From the NCBI GenBank assembly GCA_965219095.1, contig CBDCMT010000001.1, positions 1,728,001 to 1,792,000 on the forward strand: a stretch of DNA of 64,000 bases, in the 5' to 3' direction. The DNA is from Bdellovibrionales bacterium (lineage in GTDB: Bacteria; Bdellovibrionota; Bdellovibrionia; Bdellovibrionales; UBA1609). Below are positions 31,837-42,336 of this stretch, piece by piece. Numbering within the stretch: the first letter of the stretch is position 1; every line of letters begins with the position of its first letter. The notes under the pieces were generated by a model. The model saw only the letters and a list, made by a program, of their open reading frames with translations. It was not told the origin of the DNA and ran no database searches. The translations under genes and the position numbers were made by a program.

Positions 31837-32575
31837 AGTACAAATGTAGCTACAGGTCAAAAAATCGTCTTCAAAGAGCTTTAAAAAGCTACTTTCAAAG
31901 CCTGAAATTTAGCTGTTTTGTACATTTTTTTTTAAAAAAGAAGAAGAAATAGCTTAATGGATGAAGAAAAAAGTCTTTTTTTTAATAGCCCTTCTAAGAT
32001 TTTTATACCTGTTTGAGGATTTCATGGATAAAAATTTAATGAGCTTAGCCCATTTTAGAGAAGAGAGATTGTAGTTTTTAAAAAACAAAAAAGGGAGTAA
32101 AAACAAGTGATGAATTGATGATGAGAACTCCACAGTGAAAAAATATTTTTAAGCGTTATAACTTATTGAAATTATTTATTTTTTAGCTATCTTCTGCAAA
32201 TTTAAAAAACCTGCCTGACCCCTATTTCAGCTTTTTTAAAAACTCTTAAGCTAAAGGGTTAAAAAAAAATAAAAAACTATCACTTAAGTTAGAAATTAAA
32301 AGAATAAAAAAGAAAGGTTTATTTATGAAAAGAAATAAATTAAATAAAGACATAAAAAGAAAAGGAATAAAAGTTAAGAAGAAAGTAGCACGTCTTATTC
32401 TTGAAAAACGTACTTTTTTAAAATCAAAAGATCTTTTAAAAAAAGCTAATCAAAGCCCTTACGATAAGAAAGTAAAACCAAAAGACCTTGTTCAAAAATC
32501 CATTTCTCTTATCACTGATGAACATTTTTTTGAACTCAAAAACGCAAAACACCTTCAAATCAAGATCATATAGAC

Positions 32576-32830
32576 ATGAAATTTAAACAGTACAAAAAAC
32601 AAAAAAAGAGTTTAAAGCTTCTTATGAAGATAGAAGGAGAATCTCAAGACCTTGTAAGCCTAAAAGCTCAAAGCCAAATTCTTCAAGGAAGTGCTATAAA
32701 AACAGACTTAAAGAATCTTTTTGAGACCAAAATGAAGATCGAACATGATGTTTTTAAGAGCTTAAAAGTAGGTCAGGCTGTACTCATTGATAAGATCAAA
32801 ACTTCACAAGATTTGTTTCAAATTTTGTAA
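32576..32830 (+). pseudogene. Possible C-terminal remnant of a conjugative coupling (TraD/VirD4-like) protein
   Basis: IEHDVFKSLKVGQAVL resembles the coupling-protein tail; stop overlaps the IS66 TIR. Confidence 0.3.
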
Positions 32831-33496
32831 CTGCTCACCTACATTGTTCATTTATCCCTAACTTTAGACCTGTTTTAAGATAAAAGTCTTGCTCTTACAG
32901 ATTTTCTTTTAAATACTTTTTTCAAATGACAATAAATAAGACCTCCATCAGAAATGAGATTGAAAATATAAGAAGTGACTTTGATAAGCTTGCAAAGAAA
33001 GGTTCTGTGCCTACTGAGATTTCTGTGATTGTTGAATCCCTCTTTAAGGTCATGAACATTCTGATTGTTGTGCTTTTAGAAAAACAGGTTCGAAAAAATT
33101 CCAGCAACAGCGGTCTTCCTTCTTCGCAAGATTTTAGTCGTCAAGGGAATCGTAAGGCTTAAAAGAGCTTCCAGAATTTCCTAAGAAAAATGGCAAGAAA
33201 GGACGACTAAAGCATACACAAGCTCAGAACCTTTGGCTGCGATTTAAAAAGTATGAAGCAGAAATACTGTGTTTTTCTAAAAGAAAGAACGTAGATCCTA
33301 CTAATAACAGAGTTGAAAGAGATCTAAGAATGACTAAGGTGAAAAAGAAAGTGTCAGGGTGTTTCAGAACAGAAGAAATGGCGAAATATTTTTGTCGTAT
33401 TACCAGCTATGTTAAAACAATGAGAAATAGAGGATATTCTTCTTTAGAAGCGATCTCTATGGCTTTAAATAAAAACTTACGAGAGTGAGCAGTTAC
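32827..33496 (+). mobile_element. IS66-family (single-ORF type) element, internally deleted
   Basis: TIRs GTAACTGCTCAC / GTGAGCAGTTAC; KNSSNSGLPSS and TNNRVERDLRMTKVKKKVSGCFR. Confidence 0.85.
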
Positions 33497-33710
33497 GATT
33501 CAAGATAATTTGAATTGATTTTTAGGAGGGTTAACTTAGGGCGTCATGAATTTAAAAAAGGTTCAAGATAACTTAAGTTGACTTAAAGATTTAAAATGAC
33601 TTAAAATTTATAGGATTTATGAATAATGACAAGGCTTAGATGTTCCATCTATTCCCCCTAGGAGAAGAGACTGAAAACTAAACGGAAGCACTATTATATA
33701 GAGTAGAAAA

Positions 33711-34925
33711 ATGTCAGTAAAAATATGCAAAGTAAAGCTTCAGAATATTAGGTGCTTTAAAGAGGCTGAATTGTCTTTTGAAGATGACAAACAGAACTCG
33801 AAAAATTGGACGCTCCTTATTGGAAACAATGGCCAAGGAAAAACCACTTTTTTGAGGAGCATTGCTATGGGTTTGTGTCCAGCAGGCGAAGCTTCGGGGC
33901 TTCTTGCAGAGCTTCATAATGGCATACTCAGATCCGGTGAGAAAAAAGGTTTAATTGAAATTGAGCTAAAAGATCCAAACAAAACTTATAAAATTAGAAA
34001 TGAATTAGAGCTAAAAGGAAGTGAAGAAGTTCTAAAACAGACAGTTGAAGGGGGAGATAGAAAAGATTTTGAAAATGCCCTTTTTGTGGTAGCCTATGGC
34101 TCAGGACGTAGCATTGAAGGAACAGAGTCTTATTTAGAGTATGCTATTGTGGATTCAGTTTATGGGCTTTTTAACTCCACTTATACCCTTCAAAATGCTG
34201 AGCTTTCGGCACGAAGACTTTCAACAGATGAAAAGGGAGAAGAAAAACTTTTTGAATTACTAAAAAAAGTTTTACGTCTAGAAGACAACGATAGAATCGT
34301 TTTGAAAACGAATGGTCTTTTTATTAAGAGTATTTGGGGGGAGATTCCTTTTCAAGCTTTAAGTGATGGGTACAAATCTGTTACAACAACTATTTTAGAT
34401 TTTTTAAGTTGGAAGCAACTTCAAGAGAAGCAAGGAATGAAGGAAGACATTTCAGGGATTTTTATCCTTGATGAAGTCGAGCAACACCTTCATCCAAGTT
34501 GGCAGAGAGAAATCATAAAAATTTTATCAAAGATATTTCCTAAAGTGCAATTTATAGGGGCCACCCATGCTCCTATATGTGCTTTGGGATCGGCTGATGT
34601 AGAAAGTACACAGATTGCAAAAACTTCTTATGTAAATGGATATAGTGAAATAGAACCTTTTGATCTTCTCAAAGATTATAAAGGTTACCGAGTTGATCAA
34701 ATACTTACATCTCAACTATTTGATTTAAAGAGTTCTAGAAATATTGAAACACAACAAAAGCTTGATGAATATGCAGATCTTTATCTAAAAGAGAAGCTTA
34801 GCAATGAAGACGATAAGAGAAAAAAAGAGTTACAAAAAGAGCTTAAAAAATTACCTCTCTGGGAAACTGAAAGGGACAAGCTTGTCTTAGAGAAACTTTC
34901 AAAATCCTTAGGCTCACAAAACTAG
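33711..34925 (+). CDS. ABC-type AAA ATPase, PtuA/Septu-like
   Basis: Walker A GNNGQGKT; signature LSDG; Walker B/D-loop ILDEVEQHLHP; H-switch ATH. Confidence 0.85.
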   Translation: MSVKICKVKLQNIRCFKEAELSFEDDKQNSKNWTLLIGNNGQGKTTFLRSIAMGLCPAGEASGLLAELHNGILRSGEKKGLIEIELKDPNKTYKIRNELELKGSEEVLKQTVEGGDRKDFENALFVVAYGSGRSIEGTESYLEYAIVDSVYGLFNSTYTLQNAELSARRLSTDEKGEEKLFELLKKVLRLEDNDRIVLKTNGLFIKSIWGEIPFQALSDGYKSVTTTILDFLSWKQLQEKQGMKEDISGIFILDEVEQHLHPSWQREIIKILSKIFPKVQFIGATHAPICALGSADVESTQIAKTSYVNGYSEIEPFDLLKDYKGYRVDQILTSQLFDLKSSRNIETQQKLDEYADLYLKEKLSNEDDKRKKELQKELKKLPLWETERDKLVLEKLSKSLGSQN

Positions 34926-34933
34926 GAAGCTAA

Positions 34934-35662
34934 ATGATAAAAATTGAAAAAGGTACCCCTCCAACAAACACAAAGCTAGAGCAAAGCACATTGAGTCGTG
35001 AAGGAGCCAAAAAACCAGAGGAAATTAAACCTCTTTGGAAAGACCCTAAGATCAAAGAATTTCTAAGCGAAAGACAGCATGGAAAATGTTGCTATTGTGA
35101 AAGAAGAAGAGATGTGAGAAGAGAATCTGACGTGGAGCATTTCCGTCCGAAAAATGCTGTGGAAGAAGATCCAAATCATAAAGGATACTGGTGGCTTGCT
35201 CATGATTGGGACAATCTTTTGGTTTCATGTAAAAGTTGCAATCAGGAACATAAAAAAACACAGTTTCCCTTAAAAGAAGGTTCTCCTCGTGCTGACAGTA
35301 AAAATCGTGATTTAACACAAGAGAAACCTCTTTTGATCAATCCCTTAGAAGAAGATCCAGAAAAGTCTATAGAATATGACCTTGATGATTGTACTATGGT
35401 TAAGGCTATTGGCAAAAATGAGAAGGGAGAAAGAACTATTGAAATAACAGACTTGAACTCAACAGAAAAAATGAGAGAAAGACTAGAATTCAAAGAAACA
35501 TTAAAACTGATTTATGACATTCTTAAGAAAGATCCAATTAACAGCTATCAGAATCCGAGATCAGATCCTCCGGAGTTAGAAATTTATAGTAACCCTAATA
35601 GTCGATTTTGTGGTTTAGCAAAGTTCTTTTTAAAAAGTAAAAGAATTATACACTTAATATAA
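34934..35662 (+). CDS. HNH endonuclease, PtuB/TIGR02646-like
   Basis: KCCYCE, VEHFRPK, WDNLLVSCKSCN and LINP motifs. Confidence 0.87.
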   Translation: MIKIEKGTPPTNTKLEQSTLSREGAKKPEEIKPLWKDPKIKEFLSERQHGKCCYCERRRDVRRESDVEHFRPKNAVEEDPNHKGYWWLAHDWDNLLVSCKSCNQEHKKTQFPLKEGSPRADSKNRDLTQEKPLLINPLEEDPEKSIEYDLDDCTMVKAIGKNEKGERTIEITDLNSTEKMRERLEFKETLKLIYDILKKDPINSYQNPRSDPPELEIYSNPNSRFCGLAKFFLKSKRIIHLI

Positions 35663-36810
35663 TGAAACCCTCCTTTCTTTCATTCAAAGAAGTTGTGAAA
35701 ACTCCCTGTTTTATTTTTAATAAAGAAAAATTAATAGAGAACCTTTCTTTTTACAAAATCTTTAAAAAAAAATCTTGCTTTAAACTTTTGTACTCGTTAA
35801 AGTCTCTCTCCCTTATTGAGGCTCTTGAGATTATCTCAGAGCATGTGGATGGCTTTTCTGTAAGCTCACTTTTTGAAGCTAAACTTGCTCAAAAGATAAA
35901 AAAGAAAGGCCAAACAATTCATTTTGTATCTCCTAGAATTAAAAAAGAAGAGCTAGATGAACTTACCTCTCTTTGTCATTTTATCTCCTTTAACTCGCTA
36001 GATCAATTTTTGAGATTTTCTAAAAGCACAAGTTCAAGCATAGGGCTAAGAATTAACCCTGATATTTCTTTTTTAAAAGACGAAAGATATGACTCTTGTA
36101 GAAAATTTTCGAAGTTAGGAGAAAGCTTTGAGAATTTGAAAGCAAATTTTACAAATTCAAATTTAAAAAATGTTCATGGGCTTCATTTCCATAATAACTG
36201 TGAAAGCGAAAATTTTTTAGAACTTACCGAAACTTTTTCAAAAATAGAGACTCAACTAAAAGATATGTTTATAAATTTAAAATGGCTTAATCTTGGAGGG
36301 GGATATTTTGTTAAAAATTTGAGAGCTTCTGCTCCTTTATTGGAACTTCTTAGTTATTTAAATAAAAATTATGAATTTAATATCATTCTAGAACCCGGCG
36401 CAGATATTGTAAGAAGCGCTGGTTTTCTTGTGGGATCTGTGATTGATCTTATAAAAAGAGACCGAAAAAGCATTGCTATCCTAGATACAACAGTAAATCA
36501 TCTTCCAGAAGTTTTTGAATATCAATACGAACCTGATGTTTTGGGACATAAAAAAGAAGCTCCTTATGAGTACATTCTAGCTGGTTGCAGTTGTCTTAGC
36601 GGAGACTTGTTTGGCTCTTATCAATTTGAAGAACCTCTAAAAATAGGCTCCCAAATCATCTTCCAAAATGTCGGGAGCTACTCTCTAGTGAAAGCTCATA
36701 TGTTTAATGGCATAAACCTCCCTGATATTTACTTAGTCGAGGGATCTAGTTTTAAACATGTGAAGAGCTTTGACTTTGAAGACTATTTAAGCCAGCATGG
36801 CAATAGATGA
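35662..36810 (+). CDS. PLP-dependent decarboxylase, carboxynorspermidine decarboxylase (NspC)-like
   Basis: YSLK (PLP lysine), GLRINP, GLHFHNNCE, NLGGG, EPG, CLSGD and VK..FNGINLP motifs. Confidence 0.85.
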   Translation: MKPSFLSFKEVVKTPCFIFNKEKLIENLSFYKIFKKKSCFKLLYSLKSLSLIEALEIISEHVDGFSVSSLFEAKLAQKIKKKGQTIHFVSPRIKKEELDELTSLCHFISFNSLDQFLRFSKSTSSSIGLRINPDISFLKDERYDSCRKFSKLGESFENLKANFTNSNLKNVHGLHFHNNCESENFLELTETFSKIETQLKDMFINLKWLNLGGGYFVKNLRASAPLLELLSYLNKNYEFNIILEPGADIVRSAGFLVGSVIDLIKRDRKSIAILDTTVNHLPEVFEYQYEPDVLGHKKEAPYEYILAGCSCLSGDLFGSYQFEEPLKIGSQIIFQNVGSYSLVKAHMFNGINLPDIYLVEGSSFKHVKSFDFEDYLSQHGNR

Positions 36811-38198
36811 GGCTTTTTGAAAAAGAAATCTTACTATCAGATAGAAAAAAAAATAAAAGTGATCTTTTTTATTTGAAAAAAGATTTGACAGAGAAACTAG
36901 AAAAAGACAGCCTTTTTCCCATACGAGTAGCTGTTACTTCTAGTAATGAAAATTTGCTTAAATGTGAGGTTGGTGTTGTTGAAAAAAGCGAAGATTTTTG
37001 TAAAACAAAAGACAGCTTATTTGATTTTGAAAGGAGGAAGTTTGAAAATACTGGAAAGTTTAATGTTGTTTTTCTAGTTCCCACAGGAATAGGAGCTGAA
37101 ATTGGAGGTCATGCAGGAGATGCAACTCCTGTGGCGAAGTTGCTATCTTCTGTTTGTGATAATTTGATCACTCATCCTAACGTTTTTAATGGCTCAGACA
37201 TCAATGAAATGACTGAAAACAGCTTGTATGTTGAGGGGAGTATTATTTGTAGGCTTTTAATGGGAACAGCGGGGTTACAACCTGTTCGTGCAAATAGAGT
37301 CTTAGCAGTGATAGGTCAAAATGAACACAGTATTTTTGAAAGTTCTGCCGTTAACTCTGTTAATGCTGCTAGAGCGACATTAGGTTTAGATTGCCCCAAA
37401 ATTTTAAAAAGCTCCTCTTTAACGAAGATGTCTTCTTTTTACTCTTCCTCTGAAAGAGCTGTAGGAGTCGTTGAGAATATAAACAGCTTGTTTTCTCTTC
37501 TTGAAAAGGAAACAAAAAATTTTGATGCAATTGCTATATCTTCAGTTATAAAAGTACCTAAAAACTATCATATTGATTACTTCAAAAGTTGGGGAAAAAT
37601 GATCAATCCTTGGGGGGGAGTTGAGGCCATGTTGACTCATGCACTCTCTTATAAATTTAATGTTCCTTCTGCTCATGCTCCTATGTTTGAATCTCCTGAA
37701 ATTGCCAATATGGACACAGGAATTGTTGATGTAAGAGCTGCCTCTGAGGCAGTTTCTACTACTTTTTTCCATTCTGTCCTTAAAGGACTTCATAAAAGCC
37801 CAAAAGTCATTACAGATAGAAAAGTTTTTAATTCTCATGATATTTTATCTGCAAAAGATATTTCTTGTCTTGTAATTCCTGATGGCTGTTTAGGTTTACC
37901 AACTTTAGCAGCACTGGAGCAAGGGATAAAAGTCATTGCTGTAAAAGAAAATCAAACTCTTATGAAAAACAATTTGGAAAAACTTTCTTGGAGAAAGGGA
38001 CAGTTTTTTCAAGCTGAAAATTATTTAGAGGCTGTCGGGCTATTGAACTCTATAAAAACTGGAATCAATGTGACTTCCGTTAGAAGACCTTTTAAGACTT
38101 TAAAGTTATTTAATTCTGAAAAGCAGATTAAAATAGATAAAGATAATAAAGGCGAAGAGGTTAGGGCATCTCCTTATTTCACTAGACCTTTATTTTGA
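36807..38198 (+). CDS. DUF3326-like protein with ~70-aa N-terminal extension
   Basis: LVPTGIGAEIGGHAGDA, LITHPNVFNG, LYVEG, GGVEA, AHAP and AVKEN motifs. Confidence 0.75.
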   Translation: MRLFEKEILLSDRKKNKSDLFYLKKDLTEKLEKDSLFPIRVAVTSSNENLLKCEVGVVEKSEDFCKTKDSLFDFERRKFENTGKFNVVFLVPTGIGAEIGGHAGDATPVAKLLSSVCDNLITHPNVFNGSDINEMTENSLYVEGSIICRLLMGTAGLQPVRANRVLAVIGQNEHSIFESSAVNSVNAARATLGLDCPKILKSSSLTKMSSFYSSSERAVGVVENINSLFSLLEKETKNFDAIAISSVIKVPKNYHIDYFKSWGKMINPWGGVEAMLTHALSYKFNVPSAHAPMFESPEIANMDTGIVDVRAASEAVSTTFFHSVLKGLHKSPKVITDRKVFNSHDILSAKDISCLVIPDGCLGLPTLAALEQGIKVIAVKENQTLMKNNLEKLSWRKGQFFQAENYLEAVGLLNSIKTGINVTSVRRPFKTLKLFNSEKQIKIDKDNKGEEVRASPYFTRPLF

Positions 38199-38221
38199 AA
38201 TTTAAGCCAAATAAATGTATA

Positions 38222-38322
38222 GCCCGAGTTTGAAATTAACAATAGACCTATGAAATATTTTGACTGGAGGACTCCTTATGAAATTATGATGGAGTAGGTT
38301 GCACTAGCAAATTGCAGTTAGG
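38222..38322 (+). mobile_element. IS30-family 3' end remnant; inverted copy of the terminus at 60691-60717
   Basis: INNRPMKYFDWRTPYE followed by GTTGCACTAGCAAATTGCAGTTAGG. Confidence 0.65.
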
Positions 38323-38842
38323 GAGTTTTAAATTATGCCAAAAAAGAAATTTTTGAAAAAAAAGGAAAAAACAACCCCTAAAGAAAATTAAAAAAAATAC
38401 CGAAGAGGATGGCAAGCAACAGTGATGATTTAGATCGTTCGGTTTATTAGGAGACTCAGATCCCTTATCGGTGAGCAGTTACTGCGAAACAAAGAAAGGT
38501 CGCTTAAACATGAAATCGCCCTCTAAAATTCCACCGAGAAATGAGACATCCTCCTAACCTTGGGGGGGAGCCCTGTGGTTTTCAGGCAAGCATGAATCTT
38601 CTTGAGCCTAGGCACAGGTATAATTTTCAATATAAAGTCATAGACTTTTTTACAAAAAATCGGCAATTTTTTCATCTTTATAAGCTCAACTGTTAAGTTA
38701 TTAAGTGATACTTCCGTAAAGTAATTATGGAAAGGTTCATGACACTTTAAGTTGACTTTAGTAAAGATTAACTTATTGTTATGAACCTATGGAAATAAAT
38801 AGATTTGAATAGCTTTAACTTTATTGACAGAAAAATTTAAAA

Positions 38843-40098
38843 ATGAAGAATGATAGAAAAAAGTCTGTAAAAGAACGAGTTGCAAATTTATTTACATATG
38901 TAAAAGAAATTAAGTCACGACTAGAACCGCCAACTTTAGATGAATCTAAATATGAATGGAGATTAAAGCTAACTGATCTTCCAGACCATCCATATATTTT
39001 TACAAAGCCCACAGAAGATTACTTTTTTAAGGTTAAGCGTCCTAAAGTCATCGACTGCCCGACTCCCCCACAAGAAATTCAACAATGGATAAAGCCTTCA
39101 TGGAAATATATAGATAAGGAGTTAGATTACTTAAAGTCTAGAAATATTCTTAATGAAGATGAGACATCGACAACAATATACATAGAAGACTTCCCAGAGA
39201 TAGAAGCTAAAATCGAAACATTTAAAAAGACTAGAGATGATTGGAAAAAAGCTGAGTTCCCCAGCGAAGAAGTGAGGAAAGTATTCTCTATTCTTCATGA
39301 GGCAAAAGCTCGAATTGAGAGAGATAGTGACGGGATTCAGCTTTATCTTACAGAAGGTGTTTTGATATTTAATTATCAAAATATGAAAGTAAATCACCCC
39401 CTGCTCTTTAAAGAAATTGCTATTGAATTAGATGGGGAAAAGGATGAGCCAGAAATTTCTATAACGAAGTCTTCTACAGATAGTGCTATGTTCATTTCAC
39501 TACTTCGAAAATTAGACGTAAGTGGAAGTATGCTGAATACATTAAAAGAAGAGTTTTCAAAGCTTGAAATAGATCCTGATGATGATAAAGAGAAGTTATT
39601 TTTAAAAAATTTGGTTCATAGATTATGGTCAGATGGAAAATTTTCAGAAAACAGAATCAGTCCAAGTGAGACACCGATTATTTTTTTAGAACAAAAACTG
39701 ATAATTGGACGCAAAGAAAGCTCTTTTTCAGAACAAATTGATAATTATATTAAAAAAATACATGAAATTGATGTGCTCCCTGTAGCGTATCAAAATATGG
39801 TTGGTTCTTTTGAAGAACCTAAAATGTCTTCTCTAAATGGAAATGGTTCTACTCCACAACTTCCTAAGAGTAAAAAAAGCTATTTTCTAACAAAAGAATA
39901 TAACATAGAACAAAAAAAAATAATTAATCTTTTGGAAGCTACAGGATGTGTAAGTGTTCAAGGGCCACCAGGGACAGGGAAGAGTCATACTATTGCAAAT
40001 CTTGTTGGACATCTTTTAGCAAAAGGTCAAAGTGTTTTAATTTCAGCACACAGATCAAAGGCTTTAGAGGTAATTAGAGATCAAGTTGTAGAAAGTAT
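38843..40098 (+). pseudogene. Superfamily I helicase-like defence protein, truncated by IS1634
   Basis: VQGPPGTGKSHTIANL; frame runs into the IS terminus at 40099. Confidence 0.78.
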
Positions 40099-41614
40099 CC
40101 TGAAATCTGTTAATTTTGGTACTAGGTTTTTATTCGGCCCTCGTAATGCTTCGCATTAGTCGGAGGGGATTTTACAACTTAAAGCTGTGTGGGATTTCTT
40201 GAGTCACATTAAAAGCTTTATAAAGGCTCTTTTGCTTACCGGACAACTCTCCTAATCTTGTTTGTCCTGTGGCCAATTTATAGAACTTTAATTTATCTAA
40301 AATTTTATAGACCTCTGTTTTTGAAAATTTCTTGTACAGATTCTTTTCTTTCATCACATTGTTTATGTGAGAGATTAAAATTAAAGCTATAAAGTTAATA
40401 AATAAACTTCCTCTCATGGTTTGTAGCGAATGAGTCCTCGCTCGCTTTTCATTTATATCATGCTTGAAAGACAAAAAAATCTTTTCAATGCTATCTTTGT
40501 TTCTATACAACCCTAAGATCTCATCTTTTGAAAGCTTTTGATCGCAATCGGTAAGTAAAATCAACACACCCATTTTTCGCATCTGCTTTTTAATATAATC
40601 CAAATCTTTCGAAATAAAAAAACTTCCCTTTTTCTTGACAACTGTAAAGCGCTTCTTGGCACTCTTTAAGGTTTCTGCTATGCACTCATCGCACTCTTTC
40701 TTTGTCCTAAATTTCTTCTTAGAAAATCTTCGCTCAAAACAATCCAACTTCAATAGCATTTCATTTTTTTTAGACACCCTTCTCTTTTCATCCAAATATA
40801 TATGAGCCATACAACGAGTCTTTCCAATTTTAATTTCTCGTCTGCAGTAAGAATAAACTTGACCACGGAATACAAACGAAGAGGGAATTGAATCAAGCTC
40901 CTTACTCACAGATCCCAATAAAGCATGGGATAGACTCGTACTAAAGCTCATAGGGACGATGTACGATGAAGCCTCCCTGTTTAAATCTTTTATGTTTTCT
41001 TGGCTGTAAAACCCTTTATCTAAAACAAAACACTTCAAATCTAAATCGTATTCCTTTTAAAAAAAGACAAATAAAGAACCTTCTCATATTCTTTCGGAAA
41101 AACTTTCTTTAACACCTTCACTAAATTTAATTGCTTGCTGATCTCTCGCAAAAGATGCACCCCCCCAACACCTACAGAACCTATAGGATGTTTGTTCAAC
41201 TTGGCTTCAAGCTTCCCCGTAGATTGATTCTTCTTGCCCAAATAAACTCTTCTCTGACGAGATTGTTTTTTTTCTTTGTCCCAGTAACTGCTTATCTCAT
41301 ACACATAGATGCTTCCATTTCTTTTCTCTTCATACCTATAAGACATAGTTCAAATTGAACTATGTTTTAGGGGCTTTGTCAACTCCCTGTTGATGGCTCA
41401 AAACTCTTAACGACAGGATCAAATTTCAATCCAAAAACAGAGCCTATGAAAAACATAGCTTTAAAAAGACCTATAAAAATAGTGTGTTATAAGTTCTCCA
41501 GAAAAACTCAATGAGACTAAATTAACTCGTTCTTATGATTTATCAGGAGTATTCTGTTGAAAAAAAACAGGCTCTTAGTCCTGAAACCTAGTACCAAAAT
41601 TAACAGATTTCAGG
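40099..41614 (-). mobile_element. IS1634-family element, internally deleted
   Basis: 31-bp perfect TIR CCTGAAATCTGTTAATTTTGGTACTAGGTTT; YWDKEKKQSR, DKGFYS and Y..KDSIEKIF motifs. Confidence 0.87.
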
Positions 41615-41775
41615 TAATGTAAGTCATGCGATTGAGAATTGAGGTTTTAATTTGTGCTCTAAGCTCATCTTACGAGTTAAAGCCAAAAACGATCTGAGTT
41701 TATATACACCACTCTGATTTTATACACCGCACTATTTATTGATTGTCTTATCAAACAAAAAAATTAAAAATCTAG

Positions 41776-42165
41776 GGCGTGTCCTCATTTGACTGGACCT
41801 TTGCTTTGAAGTTTAAGCCAAATAAACATACACGCTATAGATAGTATAGCTTTGAAATTTCTAGCAAGCTTTTCAAATCGAGTAGCAATGCCTCTAAAAT
41901 GTTTAAGACGAGCAAAAAGGTTTTCTATCTGATGTCGAGATTTATAAATATGACGATCAAAATCTTTATTTTTCTTTTTGCTATTTTTTCGTCTCGGTAT
42001 TACAGGCTTTATCTTCTTACTATGAGCTTTATCTCGTATCTCATCTGAATCATAGGCCTTATCAGCAATCAAATACTCACTATGAAACTCATCAATTAAA
42101 TCACCTGCAACTTGACTGTCGTGGACTTCACCCCCAGTGATTTTAAAACAGAGTGGGTGTCCATC
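41776..42165 (-). mobile_element. IS5-family 3' fragment
   Basis: ADKAYD and YKSRHQIENLFARLKHFRGIATRFEK; TIR plus CTAG. Confidence 0.85.
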
Positions 42166-42336
42166 GACGGAAGTTACGTATCGGTTCATCAGCATACTAG
42201 TGTTCTGACCAGTAAATTTTTTCACAATTTTCAAGACATGGTCATAGTTTTTAAAACATGCATTCGATAATTTGATCCTTCGTAATTGTTGCCAGACTTG
42301 TTCCATGGGATTTAATTCTGGACTATAAGGAGGTAA

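Noticed and set aside
33497..33710. Retron msr/msd upstream of the PtuAB-like genes
   Set aside because: No reverse transcriptase in the window and no a1/a2 inverted repeats evident
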